A stretch of DNA of 64,000 bases from Chiloscyllium plagiosum (GCF_004010195.1 NC_057718.1:50112450-50176449), one strand, 5' to 3'. Shown: positions 1 through 13,436, counted from the first letter of the stretch. A program made the numbers and translations. The notes: generated from the sequence alone by a model not told the origin.

Positions 1-2333
1 GGAATACGTCCAGGGAAGTTATTTGGGTGGAACTGAGAAATAAGAAAGGATGATCACCTGACTGGGATTATATTATAGACCTCTCCAGTAGTCAGTGGAA
101 AATTGAGAAACAAATTTGTAAGGATATCTCAGTTATCTATAAGATTAATACTGTGGTTATGATTGGGAAGGTGTCAGTGGGGGAGCACTTTGGGGGCCAG
201 TGACCATAATTCTATTAGCTTTAAAATAGTGATGGAAAAGGTTAGACTAAAAGTTAAAGTTCTAAATTGGAGGAAGGCCAATTTTGACAAGATTAGGCAC
301 AAACTTTCAAAAGTTAATTTGGTGCGGATGGTCACAGGTAAAGAGATGGCTGGAAAATGGGAAGACCTTAAAACTGAGATAACGATAGTCGAGAGACAGT
401 ATCTACCTGTTACAGTGAAAGGCAAGTCTAGTAGGTGGAGGGAATGCTGGATGACCAGAGAAATTTAGGTGTTGGTCAAGGAGAGTAAGGAAGCAAATAT
501 CAGGTACAGACAGCGAGATCGAGTGAATCCCTATAAGTGTATAAAGGCAGTAAGAGTATACTTGAGGGAAATTAGGAGGGCAAAAAGGGGACATGAGGTA
601 GCTTTGGCAAATAGGGCTAAGGAGAATCTAAAGGGATTTTATAAACACATTAAGGACAAAGGGATAACTGGGGAGACAATAGGACCCCTCAAAGATCTAC
701 GTGTGGAACTCCAGGAGATGAAGGAGATACTAAACAAGTATTTTGTATCAGTGTTTACACTAGAGAAGGACAAGAAAGATATAGAATGTGGGGAAGTAGA
801 CAGTGACATCTTAAAATATCCATACTACAGAGGAGGAGGTGCTGGATGTCTTAAAATACATAAACGTAGATGAATACCCAGGACCTGATCAGGTGTACTT
901 GAGAATTCTGTGGGAAGGTGGGGAAGTGATTGCTAGGCCCCATGCTGAGATATTTGTATCACTGGTAGTCACAGGTGAGGTGCCAGAAGACTGGAGGTTG
1001 GCTAACATGGTGCCACCATTTAAGGAAGGTGGTAAGGAAAAGCCAGGTAACTATAGACTGGTGAGCCTGACATCGGTGGTGGGCAAGTTGTTAGAGGGAA
1101 TCCTGAGGGACAGGATTTGCATGCATTTGGATAGGCAAGAACTGGTTGTGGATAGTCAACATGGCTTTGTGTGTGGGAAATCATGTTTCACAAAATTGAT
1201 TGGGTTTTTTGAAGAAGTAGCAAAGACGATTGATGAGGGCAGGGGAGTGAACGTGATCTATATGGACTTCAGTAAGACGTTCGACAAGGTTCCTCATGGC
1301 AGATTGGTTAGCAAGGTTAGATCTCATGGAATACAGGGAGAACTAGCCACTTAGATGCAGAACTGGCTCAAAGGTAGATAACAGTGGGTGGTGGTGGAGG
1401 GTTACGATTGGTACTGAGTCACTGCTTTTCATCATTTATATCAATGATTTGGATGTGAACATAGGAAATATGGTTAGTAAGTTTGCAGATGACACCAAAA
1501 TTGGAGTTGTAGTGGACAGCGAAGGAGGTTACCTCAGATTACACTGGATTCTTGATCAGATGGGCCAATGGGCTCAGGAGTGCCAGATGGAGTTTAATTT
1601 AGATAAATGCAAGGTGCTGCAATTTGGAAATGCAAATCAGAGCAGAACTTATACACTGAATGGTAAGGTCCTGGGTGTGTTGTTGAACAAAGAGACCTTG
1701 GAGTGCAGGTTCATAGTTTCTTGAAAGTGGAGTCGTGGGTAGATAGGATAATTAATTGAGTTTAGGAATTGGGAGGTCATGTTGCAGCTGTACAGGACAT
1801 CGGTTAGGCCACTGTTGGAATATTGTGTGCAATTCTGGTCTACCTTCTACAGGAAAGATGTTGTGAAACTTGAAAGGGTTCAGAAAAATTTACAAGGATT
1901 TTGCCAGGGTTGAGCTATAAGCTGGGGCTATTTTTCCTGGAGCGTCTGAGGCTAAGAAGTGACTTTAGCGAGGTTTATAAAATCATGAGGGGCATGGATA
2001 GGGTAAATAGACAAGGTCTTTTCCCTGGGTGGATAAATCCGGAACTAGAGTGCATAGATTTAAAGTTAGAGGGGAAAGATTTAAAAGGGACCTAAGGGGC
2101 AACTTTCTCATGCAATGGGTGGTGCTTATAATGGAATGAACCACCAGAAGAAGTGGTGGATGCTGGTACAATTACATTTAAAAGGCATTCACAAAGGATG
2201 CATGAATGGGAAGGGTTGAGAGAGATATGGGCCAAGACATGGCAAACCGGACGAGATTAATTTAGCATATCTGATTGGCATGGATGAGTTGGACTGAAAG
2301 ATCTATTTCCGTGCTGTACATCTCTATGACTCT
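1..2333 (+). mobile_element. CR1-clade LINE, decayed ORF2 (endonuclease end, RT) and 3' end
   Basis: Frameshifted pieces: GASDHNSISF, PGPDQVY, PGNYRLVSLTS, YMDFSKTFDKVPH, SKFADDTK. Ends in a ctctatgactcta tail. Confidence 0.95.
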
Positions 2334-3130
2334 AAATGATAGATAATCCCACACGGCATCTAATCAAAGATATGCAAACCTGCTGCATTCAGTTGTGACT
2401 GGTTGTCATTGTCAACTTCTTGCAAATGAGTATGATTGTCCACTGAGAACATTGTGTCACTGGTCATGGGTTTTGTGAGCCTTTCCTTGGCTGATGTGCC
2501 CAAACCCAGAGATGTATTCTGACTGCACATTTGACAGGTGTTTTTGAGGGGTGGGGTGGAGGGGAGGTGGGGGGGTGGGTTGATCCTTGGTCTTAAAAAT
2601 GGTGGCCTTACTATTTCCAGTTCGTTTCCTGTACTTCTTCATACTGACTGATGTTCTCAAACAATTATGTCCCTTCATATGAAGCTTCCAGCAAGTCAGT
2701 TTCTTTTGAAGTATGGTCTACGACGCGTTGACAACTATGTTCTATGTTGCATTTCTTAAGTGTATTATTAAATTTCATTACAATACTCAGAACAACCAAC
2801 TGACGGACAACTGCCCATTCCTCTTCAACTGCTATTTGGAGTGGTCTCCATTTCCTTATTAACGCTTTGTATTTTAAATAATAATAGTTTGATATACAAG
2901 CTCTCAGCTAACTTATTTTCCATACCTTCTCCTTATTGCATTATCTACTCTTCTTCATTTCTAATTCTAAGGGTCTGAAATCAAGTCAAAACAAAGTCAG
3001 TGAATAATCCATGTTGTTCCGTCTGTACCATCCCAGTTTCTTTTAATTCAATTGCTGTTCCAATTTGTGAGACCAATATTTTTGAACTAGCTGGGCATTC
3101 CTCAAGATAAAAAAATTCATTTTATAAAGA

Positions 3131-3535
3131 TACTGGTAGGGAAATTTGCTAGAACTGCTTGGGACAATTTAAACTAGTAAGGTGGGGAGGTGGGACCCAG
3201 GGAGATAGTGAGGAAAGAGATCGATCTGAGATGGGTACAGCTGAGAACAGAAGTGAATCAAACAGTCAGGGCAGGCAGGAACAAAGTAGGACAAATAAAT
3301 TAAACTGCATTTATTTCAATGCAAGGGGCCTAACAGGGAAGGCAGATGAACTCAGGGCAAGGTTAGGAACATGGGACTGAGATATCATAGCAATTACAGA
3401 AACATGGCTCAGGGATGGGCAGGACTGGCAGCTTAATGTTCCAGGATACAAATGCTACAGGAAGGATAGAAAGGGAGGCAAAAGAGGAGGGAGAGTGGCA
3501 TTTTTGATAAGGGATAGCATTACAGCTGTGCTGAG
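3131..3535 (+). mobile_element. CR1 fragment (ORF1/ORF2 junction, start of the AP endonuclease)
   Basis: KLNCIYFNARGLTGKADELRA; near-identical to about 17175-17555. Confidence 0.9.
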
Positions 3536-3751
3536 GAGCAGTGCAGCGGGTCCCTTACCCACAAGTGTGTGACTGCTCAGAAACAAACCCTGAGACAGAG
3601 AGAGGGAGCAGGGCAGGCAGAATGAGGAAACAGGAATCTTCAGAAAACTCTTGAGTCCCAGAGGAAAGGCATTGAATCAATTAACCGAATAATTAATTAT
3701 CCCAACGAAACAGTGCCCGCCCATCTTGTTTGGATAATCAAGGTTCCTCTG
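3536..3751 (+). mobile_element. Right end of a Tigger/pogo-like MITE
   Basis: Ends ggataatcaaggttcctctg|TA, the same terminus as the complete copy at 57371-57992. Confidence 0.8.
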
Positions 3752-4292
3752 TATATTCATGGTATTAAGGAGGTCCCTAAACAAATATTAGATCCTGCAT
3801 TAACATATCTAAGGACTTTATTTACAGTTTTAAGCAGTGAAACCGAAGTCTACACAAATTTAGTAGTGAGCTCATGTCTGCAAGTATTCAATGCAGGCTC
3901 TCCTACCACATCCTTTTTGAGCAGAAAACAGAAAGTTAGAGCAGAATATATCAATTGTTATCCCTTGGATTTCTATTTGATGTGAAAGTCAGACTTGTGG
4001 TTTATATTTGAAGCAAGAAATGATTATTTAAGCTCAAAATCTGGATTGCCTGCAGGACATTTAAAAGGATAGAAATTGGAATTCTGAATCATGGCATTGG
4101 GACAAATCTTAAGCCGAGATAATGTGTTTTCAATTTGACATTGAACTTTCAAAAGAACATTCTTTCATAACAGTACTCTGAGTGAGTGGAACACACAGGT
4201 TCAGTCAGATCAAAAGCATTTATGAACAAATGATGGGCCTTCCCTATTGCAGGCTGAGCTTAGATGCGAGGTTTTTTTTGTGATTAGTGTAA

Positions 4293-4790
4293 AAGGACCC
4301 CTGAATCTCACTGTTCTGTAGCTTTCTGCAGTCTTTCTCCATTTAAATAATATTCAGCCCCTGTATTCGTCCTGTCAAAGTGCAGAACCACATAGTTTCC
4401 CACATTATATTCCATTTGCCAAATTTCTTTCTGACTAAGTTAACCTGTCTATAGCCTTCTGCAGATTCTGTGTCATCATTACCACTTGCCTCGCCACCTA
4501 TTTTTGTGTCACCTTTAAACTTGGCGATAATACATTCACTTCCCTCATTCAAGTCATTCAGATATGTTGTAAATAACTGTGGCCCCAGCACTGATTTCTG
4601 TGGCAGCCTACTAGTTGCAGGTTAAGTTTCCTTAAAATGCCTTCTTATCCCAACTTTCTGTCTACTATTAGTTAGCCAATCCTTTATCCATGCTAATATA
4701 CTACCTCAGACATCACAGATTTTTATCTTATAAAGCAGCCTGATGTGTAGTATCTTATTGAATACCATTTGAAAATTCGAACGCATCTAC
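4293..4790 (-). mobile_element. Old CR1 RT fragment
   Basis: LGPQLFTTYLNDL...AKFKGDTKIGG on the minus strand. Confidence 0.85.
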
Positions 4791-5199
4791 ACTGAAAATC
4801 TATTGTTTGACAATGTATCTGGATATCTGGAAATGGAGAGTGTGGAAACACTCAGCACGATCCAACTACAAAAAGGGACTAAAAATTATAAATTTTGTGA
4901 AAAGATCCATATTCTCAGCTGTAAATCCTCAGACAAAGTCAGAATTAAAACAACATCCAGGCTTTCTCTATATGTCTGTACTCAATGAGATCTATTTCAG
5001 TGTCATCCGATCTTGTCCCTTGTTTATGTTTTTGGACTGTATTATAATTTGATACATTGCAAATATATTTTTATTTTTGACTAAAACATTTAAGCACAGA
5101 TTCAGGAATTCTCTCGACACAAATATTCTAAAGTCAATTACAGCGCCTCCTGTGGGAAATAATGATGTTCAGGACTTTCGTAAAAGAACAGAACTGGAA

Positions 5200-6293
5200 A
5201 CAGAACTGGTCAAAGGTAGAAGACAGAGGGTGGTGGTGGAGGGTTGTTTTTCAGACTGGAGGCCTGTGACCAGTGGAGTGCCACAAGGATCGGTGCTGGG
5301 TCCTCTACTTTTTGTCATTTACATAAATGATTTGGATGCAAGCATAAGAGTTACAGTTAGTAAGTTTGCAGATGACACCAATGTTGGTTGTGTAGTGGAC
5401 AACGAAGAGGGTTACCTCAGATTACAATGGGATTTTGATCAGATAGGCCAATGGGACCAGAATTGGCAGATGGAGTTTAATTCAGATAAATGCGAGGTGC
5501 TGCATTTTGGGAAAGCAAATCTTAGCAGGACTTACACACTTCATGGTAATTTCTGAGGGAGTGTTGCTGAACAAAGAGACCTTGGAGTGCAGGTTCATAG
5601 CTCCTTGAAAGTGGAGTCGCAGGTAGATAGGATAGTGAAGAAGGCATTTGGTATGCTTTCCTTTATTGGTCAGAGTATTGAGTACAGGAGTTGGGAGGTC
5701 ATGTTGCGGCTGTACAGGACATTGGTTAGGCCACTGTTGGAATATTGAGTGCAATTCTGGTCTCCTTCCTATCGGAAAGATGTTGTGAAACTTGAAAGGG
5801 TTCAGAAAAGATTTACCAGGGTGTTGCCAGGGTTGGAGGATCAAAGCTACAGGGAGAGGCTGAACAGGCTGGGGCTGTTTTCCCTGGTGCGTTGGAGGCT
5901 GCGGGGTGACCTTATAGAGATTTACAAAATTATGAGGGGCATGGATAGGATAAATAGACAAAGTCTTTTCCCTGGGGTCGGGGAGTCCAAAACTAGAGGG
6001 CATAGGTTTAGGGTGAGTGAGGAAAGATATAAAAGAGACCTAAGGGGCAACTTTTTCACACAGAGGGTGGTACGTGTATGTAATAAGCTGCCAGAGGATA
6101 TGTTGGGGGCTGGTACAATTGCAACATTTAAGAGGCATTTGGATGGGTATATGAATAGGAAGGGTTTGAAGGGATATGGGCCGGGTGCTGGCAGGTGGGA
6201 CTAGATTGGGTTGGGATACCTGGTCGGCATGGACAGGTTGGACCGAAGTGTCTGTTTCCATACTGTACATCTCTATAACTCTATGACTCTATA
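5200..6293 (+). mobile_element. 5'-truncated young CR1 LINE
   Basis: SGVPQGSVLGPLLFVIYINDL, KFADDT, QFWSP, RGDLIE; tail ctctataactctatgactctat. Confidence 0.95.
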
Positions 6294-6499
6294 AGTTGCA
6301 CTAACTGCAATTTCTCCACTTCCTCAGTCACTGTTTAATCCAACTGTATATCACTGGACCAGTTTGTAAACTCTATATCGAAAAATTAATACTTGTTCCT
6401 TCTGTTGACATTTTTTATCTTTCACTTATCAGGACAACTCTCAAGAATACCAATTTAAAGGAAAATATATTTGTGTTGCATGTATAATTAACATATTAC

Positions 6500-6875
6500 T
6501 TGTGAACTCAATAACTTACACAGTTGAGTTCAGTTTTTGTAACTCCATGTATATCTCAATAAATGGTGCTGTCATGGGATCCCTGTTAAAGGCTTATGCC
6601 CGAAACGTCAATTCTCCTGCTCCTCAGATGCTGCCTGACCGGCTGTGCTTTTCCAGCACCACACTCTCAACTCTGATCTCCAGCATCTGCAGTCCTCACT
6701 TTCTCCTGGACCTAACTCTTGCAAACAACCTGTGGTGGATTCTGTGAAAAATATGTCTTCAATGGAAGACACCTAATCTTCTGGTCCTTGCACGGTTCCA
6801 AATTTTTGAATGATACTGTGCCATGCCATGTTTGAATCTTCAGTTGCATGTAAGGGTTTTCTTGAACGTCTGTGT
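6500..6875 (+). mobile_element. Decayed Penelope-like RT fragment interrupted by a younger PLE-end piece (about 6588-6706)
   Basis: VEFSFCNSMYISINGAVMGS[insert]...TLAN matches the RT motif F.F....Y.Q..G.AMGSPL.P.LAN. The insert is the same family as 58461-58687. Confidence 0.6.
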
Positions 6876-9287
6876 TAGAACACAGAACAGAAATGACATG
6901 AACATGCTTTGCACCTGTTTTAACTCAAGAAGATAGGTGAAAGCCACTTACTGATTCACTTCATTTGAATCAGTTTTATTGTAAATAACAGAAATAAAGA
7001 TTTAACCTTTTTAACCCTGAACAACAACCTTACAAATGCGCAAATCTCAGTGAAGGCTCACCCTGTTTCCACTTGTTCAATGGACCTAGCTGTGCATGAT
7101 TTATTTCTGACAAACATCTGCATTTGCTCAATGTTTTTTTGTTAGACAATGTCACTTCATGTAGCCCTAAACTAAGCAGGGTCACATCACCTTAAAAAAA
7201 AGAAAAGGGCACAGGTTTAAAGTAGTTAGTAAAAGAAGAAACTTGATATGAGAGAAAACCTTTTCTTCAAATGCAGAGTGGTTAAGATCTGGAATGCACT
7301 GGCAGACAGTGTGATAGAGGTAGGTTTAATTGAAGCATTCAAAAAAAGAGTTGGATAGTTATTTAAAAAGGTAAAATGTGCAATGATATGAGGAGAAGGC
7401 AGGAGAATGGTAATTAGTGAAACGTGCATTTGGACAGCCAGACCAAAGAAAATGGGCCAACTGGCACCCTTCTGCTTTACAATAATTTTGTCATTGTATT
7501 CAGTTTTTCTCAATTTCTGCCATTCCGAAATAAAAAATGTAGCAAGATATTTAAACTGAGAAGGCAGAGTGAACATTAAGGTTTACAAGGCAGAATTTCA
7601 TCAAGGTTAAAGAATGTAAAAGAGAAGAGAAATTAAATCGGGAAGCAGCAATTAGATGACAATAAGTTCTGGTTTTAAAACCTTAAGGATTTCAATAGGA
7701 AAGCAAAGTTGAGAGAATTAAGGAATTTTGCAGCACTAAGAGAGCATCAGTTATATTAGATATCTGTGTGATATGCTGGGATTGCAACACAGTAACAGGA
7801 TTGAATTATTCATAAAGTGTAACATGGCATCCTTAATAATGAGTTTCACATTGTTCGCTAGAAATATTAACAAGTAATAATAAAGGGCTGAGGTGCAACA
7901 CATTAGAGTTTAACTGTCTCTTAATGACCTTGAGAGGAATAGAATGGTGTACAACTCAATTAAAGAACTTTTGTATCCTAGACAATCAAATCTGAGATTC
8001 TGCAATTTTAATGTGTGCAGCATTATAAAGTACATGGGGTGATTGGAAACTCAAAAGCTTCCGCATGTCCACTGAACACTTTTGTAAATCCATGTGTGAA
8101 GATGCTAATAAACTGATTGCACATAATATATGACAATGAAGGTGTTCAAAAACAATATGATTCTTTATTATCACTACAGATATCAAAATCTCTTGGGTAA
8201 TTAGAAACATTCCAATCTTTTCAACAGTTAATAATCCTTCATATTTGGACAATGCACAGAAAATAAATCTTAACTGACAGTTAAAAAAAATGCTGATAAC
8301 ACTTGTTGTTTTTCATCTACTTTTTCCCTTTGGACTTGTCATTAATATTTGACTTTGGCAGAGTGTGTGTGTGTTTGGGTGGCTCTGGTAATGGTAGATG
8401 GCAATTGGGAGGGATGGTGGGGGGGGAAGATTGTTATAATTGAAACTAAATCTAAACCTGGCTTTGAATTTCACTCACGTTCTTCCTCATTTCACTCTTA
8501 CCACCTAGATCTTGCTATACTGGAGTGAGGAGCAAGAGTCTTTGTTCTTTTCTTCCCTCTCCTAATACCAATTATAGCACATTTAATATATTAGTAACAG
8601 AAATATCCTGACACTGAGACTTTTACAATAAAACATGACAATGACCATGTTTATGAATAAGCACGATTATCCACTTCAGAGTATGGCATGAATCATTAAT
8701 TCAGCATTCAACATTAGCTAGTCACTTGAGTGCTTTGTTTTACAAAGAAATGAGGCCACTGCAACAGATTTTACTGTTGCACATGTTTTAAACATTCAAG
8801 CTCTTGGAATCATAACATATGGCTTGCAATCAGGAGCAAGTTTTCTCTATCAAATACACCAAATCCAGAGTACAATAATGTTACCATATTACAGTAAATT
8901 GCATAAGTAGCAGTAAATTCTGGTAAACTTAAAGCAAGTTTTATATGGACAATGCAAATCAAGTATATTTATGATATGACATTAATCATTTCTTGCACAA
9001 AATGGGTCTTTGCAAATTACTTGCATCATCTATTTTCTGCCTGCAATTAGGTTATGCTAATCCCATGTTGTATAAACACTGATTCATACTCCATAAGATC
9101 AATCATAAATTAGAGTTGACTGCTCAGTTGCAAAGTTTGCCAGAATCTGAAGTTTGATCCTGGTATATTTGACAATAGATTTCAAGTTCTCAGTAATTTA
9201 ACAAGAAGATATCAGGCATTCTCCAGGAAAAAGTTACTTTCTTCAAGGTTAACAAAACAAATTTACTTCAGGAAAGTTTATACACTA

Positions 9288-10638
9288 TCAGTTAACAGCA
9301 TAGATTCCTGTAAGTGTTTGGTGGGACTCTTCAGAATTGAGGTTGTGAGCTCCACACTGTTGGCGATTAGTAGCTGCCAGAAGCTCTGTGTATACCGTAC
9401 CTTGGCCAACCTGTGATGCCGAGGCCAAAGCACCATTTCTCACATTGGAATTTTGAATTGACGATGTAGTTTCTGTCCTGTAAAGCTGTGCTTTCATTTC
9501 ACAGTAACCAAACCTGCTCAAAAGGATGTAGAAATCTCGACGAAAGGTCTTTGTAAAAAATGCATACAAAAAGGGATTGGCACAAGAATTTATTGGGTAA
9601 AACAAAACCAGAAGTATCTTGGAACTAGACACGGTGATGAAAGGAACCTTCAATGCTGCAGAAATAGCAAAGAAAGATATTGGCGACATGCAAATAAAAT
9701 CAGTGAAGATTAGCACAGCCATTCGCTTAGCAATTTTTGTATCACCATTTGTAGAGATAAAGTTGGGGTTTCTAACTGTTAGGTAGATTTTAATATAGCA
9801 GAGACAAATGATCAAAAATGCAATCACATTCAGTAGCAAAATGAAAATGATATAAGCCTGAGACACTGGTGAGTTTATGTCCATAGGAAGGCAGATGCTA
9901 ACCTTCTTGTAGTTACTGATCCCTAAAAGAGGCAGAATTGCAACAATGAAAGAAAATGCCCAACCACCACACATGATAACAATGGCATGCCTCAGATGGA
10001 GTTTTTTATCCAGCTGCATGGCATAAGTAATTGTATGCCACCTTTCCAGTGTGATTGTAGTAAGTGTGTACACTGATAACTCGCTGGCAAAAACAGTGAA
10101 GAATCCAGCAGATGCACAACCAGCACCAGTCTGCCAATCTATAGCATAGTTATAATACTGGCCTTTTGTTTGGATATCTACAGAAGCAATGAGCAACAAG
10201 TAAAGGCCCATACAAAAGTCAGAAAAAGCAAGATTGCACATAAGAAACCGAGGGACGGTAAGTTTATATCTACTGGTTAATAAGACTACGAGAACAACAA
10301 CATTCCCTATAATTGCAAGAATATTCATTAGCCAAATTATAACTCGTAGAATATCTTTACCCACAATATCTTCACATGGATTGAAGTCATCTGCTTTTGG
10401 GTTACAGATCACATCTACTATATTGGAGCACAGCCCATAATCAAAAAATGGTTCGTCTTCATTCGAGTCAAACCATGCCTCACTTTCAAGAAAACCATAT
10501 TGCTGTGGTAAAGCAGAGTTCATCTCCATAGATTTTTTTGAATGCGTGGATCCAATCTCCCATTCAGATTCAGAGCTTGTGTTGCTGAAAACATAATTCT
10601 TGCCATAGAACCTGTTACATACTGGAGACCACAGAAAC
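9288..10638 (-). CDS. FSHR: Follicle-stimulating hormone receptor, terminal coding exon (exon 10 equivalent): hinge, 7TM domain and C-tail
   Basis: Acceptor tttttcttccag ends at 10639. Frame reads (E)FLWSPVCNR...FDYGLC...FNPCEDIVG...LERW...NSCANPFLY...[15 protein letters not shown] to stop at 9288. The FDYxLC hinge, the RTETTSS C-tail cluster and the absence of a separate LHCGR-type hinge exon favour FSHR over LHCGR/TSHR. Confidence 0.93.
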
Positions 10639-11344
10639 CTGGAAGAAAAAGAATTGCAAATTTTATAACAATCTTCATGAGAATTAAAGGACTGGGAATC
10701 AATAACACGTAGGGTTCATAAAGTGTCAGGAACATTTCGGGCATAACTGTTATCATCTAATAGGGTCTAGTGAGAATCCCTAGGATCAAGTGTAATGAGG
10801 GAACAAGTGATGGCTACATGTTAATGAGGGGAGAAATGGATAAGAACTGATCATGGGGGGTGATCATTATGTTAGAAATCTTGTGCTATGTGAGTTGGAA
10901 TAACACTCTTGAGTAGAAAAGAAAATGCCTGGAACTTCATCTAACCAACATTTAAACCTCAGTTGTTTAATAAGAGTAAATTTTGTATAAAGCATGACAA
11001 AAAAAATTATTAAAACACCATTATTTTCATTTCTCCATAAATGCACTTTAGTGAGTCCCTGGATCCAACAGGACATCTGAATCCTGGAATACACCATTCA
11101 TTTTAAACAAGGCTGCAGCATTTGAATGACCTGGGAGCCACTCCAGTGCTTTCTCTGGGCAGAAAGCAGAATTCATGTTTTGAGTCTGGTGACTCTTCAT
11201 TAGAACTGAAGTGTTTACTCTGATTTCTTCCAACAGATGCTGCCAGACCTGCTGAGTTACTTCAGCAATTGCTGTTTTTGTTCCAGAGCAGAGGATCCTT
11301 TTACCCAGTGGGTAGCAGGGGGAGGTTGACTGGAACAAAGGAAA

Positions 11345-11484
11345 TTCTGGATCAGTGGTGCTGGAAGAGCACAGCAATTCAGGCAGCATCCGAGGCTGTC
11401 CTCGGATGCTGCCTGAATTGCTGTGCTCTTCCAGCACCACTGATCCAGAATCTGGTTTCCAGCATCTGCAGTCATTGTTTTTAC
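11345..11484. mobile_element. Fold-back PLE-end mini-element with a 15-bp TSD
   Basis: Perfect 51-bp inverted repeat (11345-11395 / 11400-11450) with loop ctgt, then a 34-nt tail. TSD ctggaacaaaggaaa at 11330-11344 and 11485-11499. Confidence 0.85.
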
Positions 11485-11626
11485 CTGGAACAAAGGAAAA
11501 TCCGCTGAAGGTCCAGATCTCATACATTAGTTATTAACATTTGCCTTGTGGGGAAAGAAAAGACCACAATAATCATGACAGGGAAAAGGATAGAGGAGGG
11601 AAAACTGGGGTCAAGGGAGAATTCTG

Positions 11627-11778
11627 TCATAGATTCATAGAGAGGTACAGCATGGAAACAGACCTTTCAGCCCAACTTGTCCATGCCAACCAGTTTGCTA
11701 ATCTGAACTTGTCCTAGTTGACTGCATTTGGCCCATATCCCCCTAAGCCCTTCCTATTCATGTATCTGCCCAAATGAC
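11627..11778 (-). mobile_element. CR1 3' end fragment
   Basis: Reverse complement of the CR1 3' terminus (tcatagattcatagagaggtacagcatggaaacagac). Confidence 0.85.
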
Positions 11779-11890
11779 GTTTTATTTTGACTTCTCCCTT
11801 CCATACTGATGAGAATGATTCAGCTGTAAGATGAGTGAACTAAAATGGATATTCAGTTGTGTTAATTAGACAATTGTATTACAATGATCC

Positions 11891-12294
11891 TGCATGGAGT
11901 GTCAGAGGCTGAAGGGTGACCTTATAGAGGTTTACAAAATCTTGAGAGGCATAGATAGGATAAATAGGCAAAGTCTTTTCCCTGGGGTCAGGGAGTCCAG
12001 AACTCGAGGGCATAGGTTTAGGGTGAAAGGGGGAAGATATAAAAGAGACCTAAGGGGCAACTTTTTCACTCAGAGGGTGGTACTTTTATGGAATAAGCTG
12101 CCTGATAAAGTGGTGGAGACTGGTACAATTGCAACATTTAAGAGGCATTTGGATGGGTATATGAATAGGAAGGGTTTGGAGGGATATGGGCCGGGTGCTG
12201 GCAGGTGGGACTAGATTGGGTTGGGATATCTGGTCGGTATGGGCGGGTTGGACCGAAGGGTCTGTTTCCATGCTGTACATCTCTATGACTCTAT
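11891..12294 (+). mobile_element. 5'-truncated CR1 3' end
   Basis: RLKGDLIEVYKILRG...GPGAGRWD followed by the ctatgactctat tail. Confidence 0.93.
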
Positions 12295-12547
12295 CTCAAG
12301 TTAATCAAGGAGAATTAAATAAATTTTGCAGTAAAAAAAAGTGACATCTTCTGTCCAGGTGGCAGTTCATTTCCTTTGAAGTTGTTTGAAGTTGTACCAC
12401 TTCACTTCATTAGGGACAGGAAATAAATGCTGGTCAAGCTACCATGTCATATCCCATGAGTGAATTAACAAAAAACACTTTGCAGATGTGGTACCTCTCC
12501 CAAAGAAACAGATCTGACTGAAACAAAGACAACTAAATTAAACTGGG

Positions 12548-13436
12548 CTGAAAATGTGTTGCTGGAAAAGCGCAGCAGGTCAGCAGCATCCAAGGAGCAG
12601 GAGAATAAACGTTTCGGGCATGAGCCCTTCTTCAGGAATGAGGAAAGTGTGCCAAGCAGGCTAAGGTAAAAGGTAGAGAGGAGGGACTTGGGGGAGGGGC
12701 GTTGGAAATGCGATAGGTGGAAGGAGGTCAAGGTGAGGGTGATAAGGTGAGGGTGATAGGCTGGAGTGGGGGTGGGTGTGGAGAGGTCAGGAAGAAGATT
12801 GCAGGTTAGGAAGGTGGTGCTGAGTTCGAGGGNNNNNNNNNNNNNNNNNNNNNNNNNNNNNNNNNNNNNNNNNNNNNNNNNNNNNNNNNNNNNNNNNNNN
12901 NNNNNNNNNNNNNNNNNNNNNNNNNNNNNNNNNNNNNNNNNNNNNNNNNNNNNNNNNNNNNNNNNNNNNNNNNNNNNNNNNNNNNNNNNNNNNNNNNNNN
13001 NNNNNNNNNNNNNNNNNNNNNNNNNNNNNNNNNNNNNNNNNNNNNNNNNNNNNNNNNNNNNNNNNNNNNNNNNNNNNNNNNNNNNNNNNNNNNNNNNNNN
13101 NNNNNNNNNNNNNNNNNNNNNNNNNNNNNNNNNNNNNNNNNNNNNNNNNNNNNNNNNNNNNNNNNNNNNNNNNNNNNNNNNNNNNNNNNNNNNNNNNNNN
13201 NNNNNNNNNNNCGCATTTCCAACGCCCCTCCCCCAAGTCCCTCCTCCCTCCCTTTTATCTTAGCCTGCTTGGCACACTTTCCTCATTCCTGAATAAGGGC
13301 TCATGCCCAAAGCGTTGATTCTCCTGCTCCTTGGATGCTGCCTGACCTGCTGCACTTTTCCAGCAACACATTTTGCACTTTTCCAGCAACACATTTTCAG
13401 CTCTGATCTCCAGCATCTGCAGTCCTCACTTTCTTT
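12548..13436. mobile_element. Fold-back PLE-derived element spanning an assembly gap, 14-bp TSD
   Basis: 12548-12712 is inverted relative to 13212-13400. TSD taaattaaactggg at 12534-12547 and 13437-13450. Confidence 0.85.

Noticed and set aside
2548..2580. G-rich tracts with G-quadruplex potential (also about 57775-57845)
   Set aside because: Low-complexity or MITE-internal sequence with no functional context.
6975..8170. Candidate FSHR poly(A) signals (minus-strand AATAAA near 8164, 7100 and 6975)
   Set aside because: Several hexamers in AT-rich DNA; cannot choose one without transcript data.
9288..10638. Assignment as LHCGR or TSHR
   Set aside because: Exon 9 joins the last exon in frame with no extra hinge exon needed, exon 5 is 72 bp, and the FDY hinge and RTETTSS tail are FSHR-like. 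A phylogeny would be decisive.
11345..11450. Perfect hairpin as a microRNA precursor or terminator
   Set aside because: Explained by a TSD-flanked repeat family; no expression evidence.
13352..13397. 23-bp tandem duplication gcacttttccagcaacacatttt (and a 14-bp duplication near 12730)
   Set aside because: Small slippage duplications or assembly noise next to a gap.
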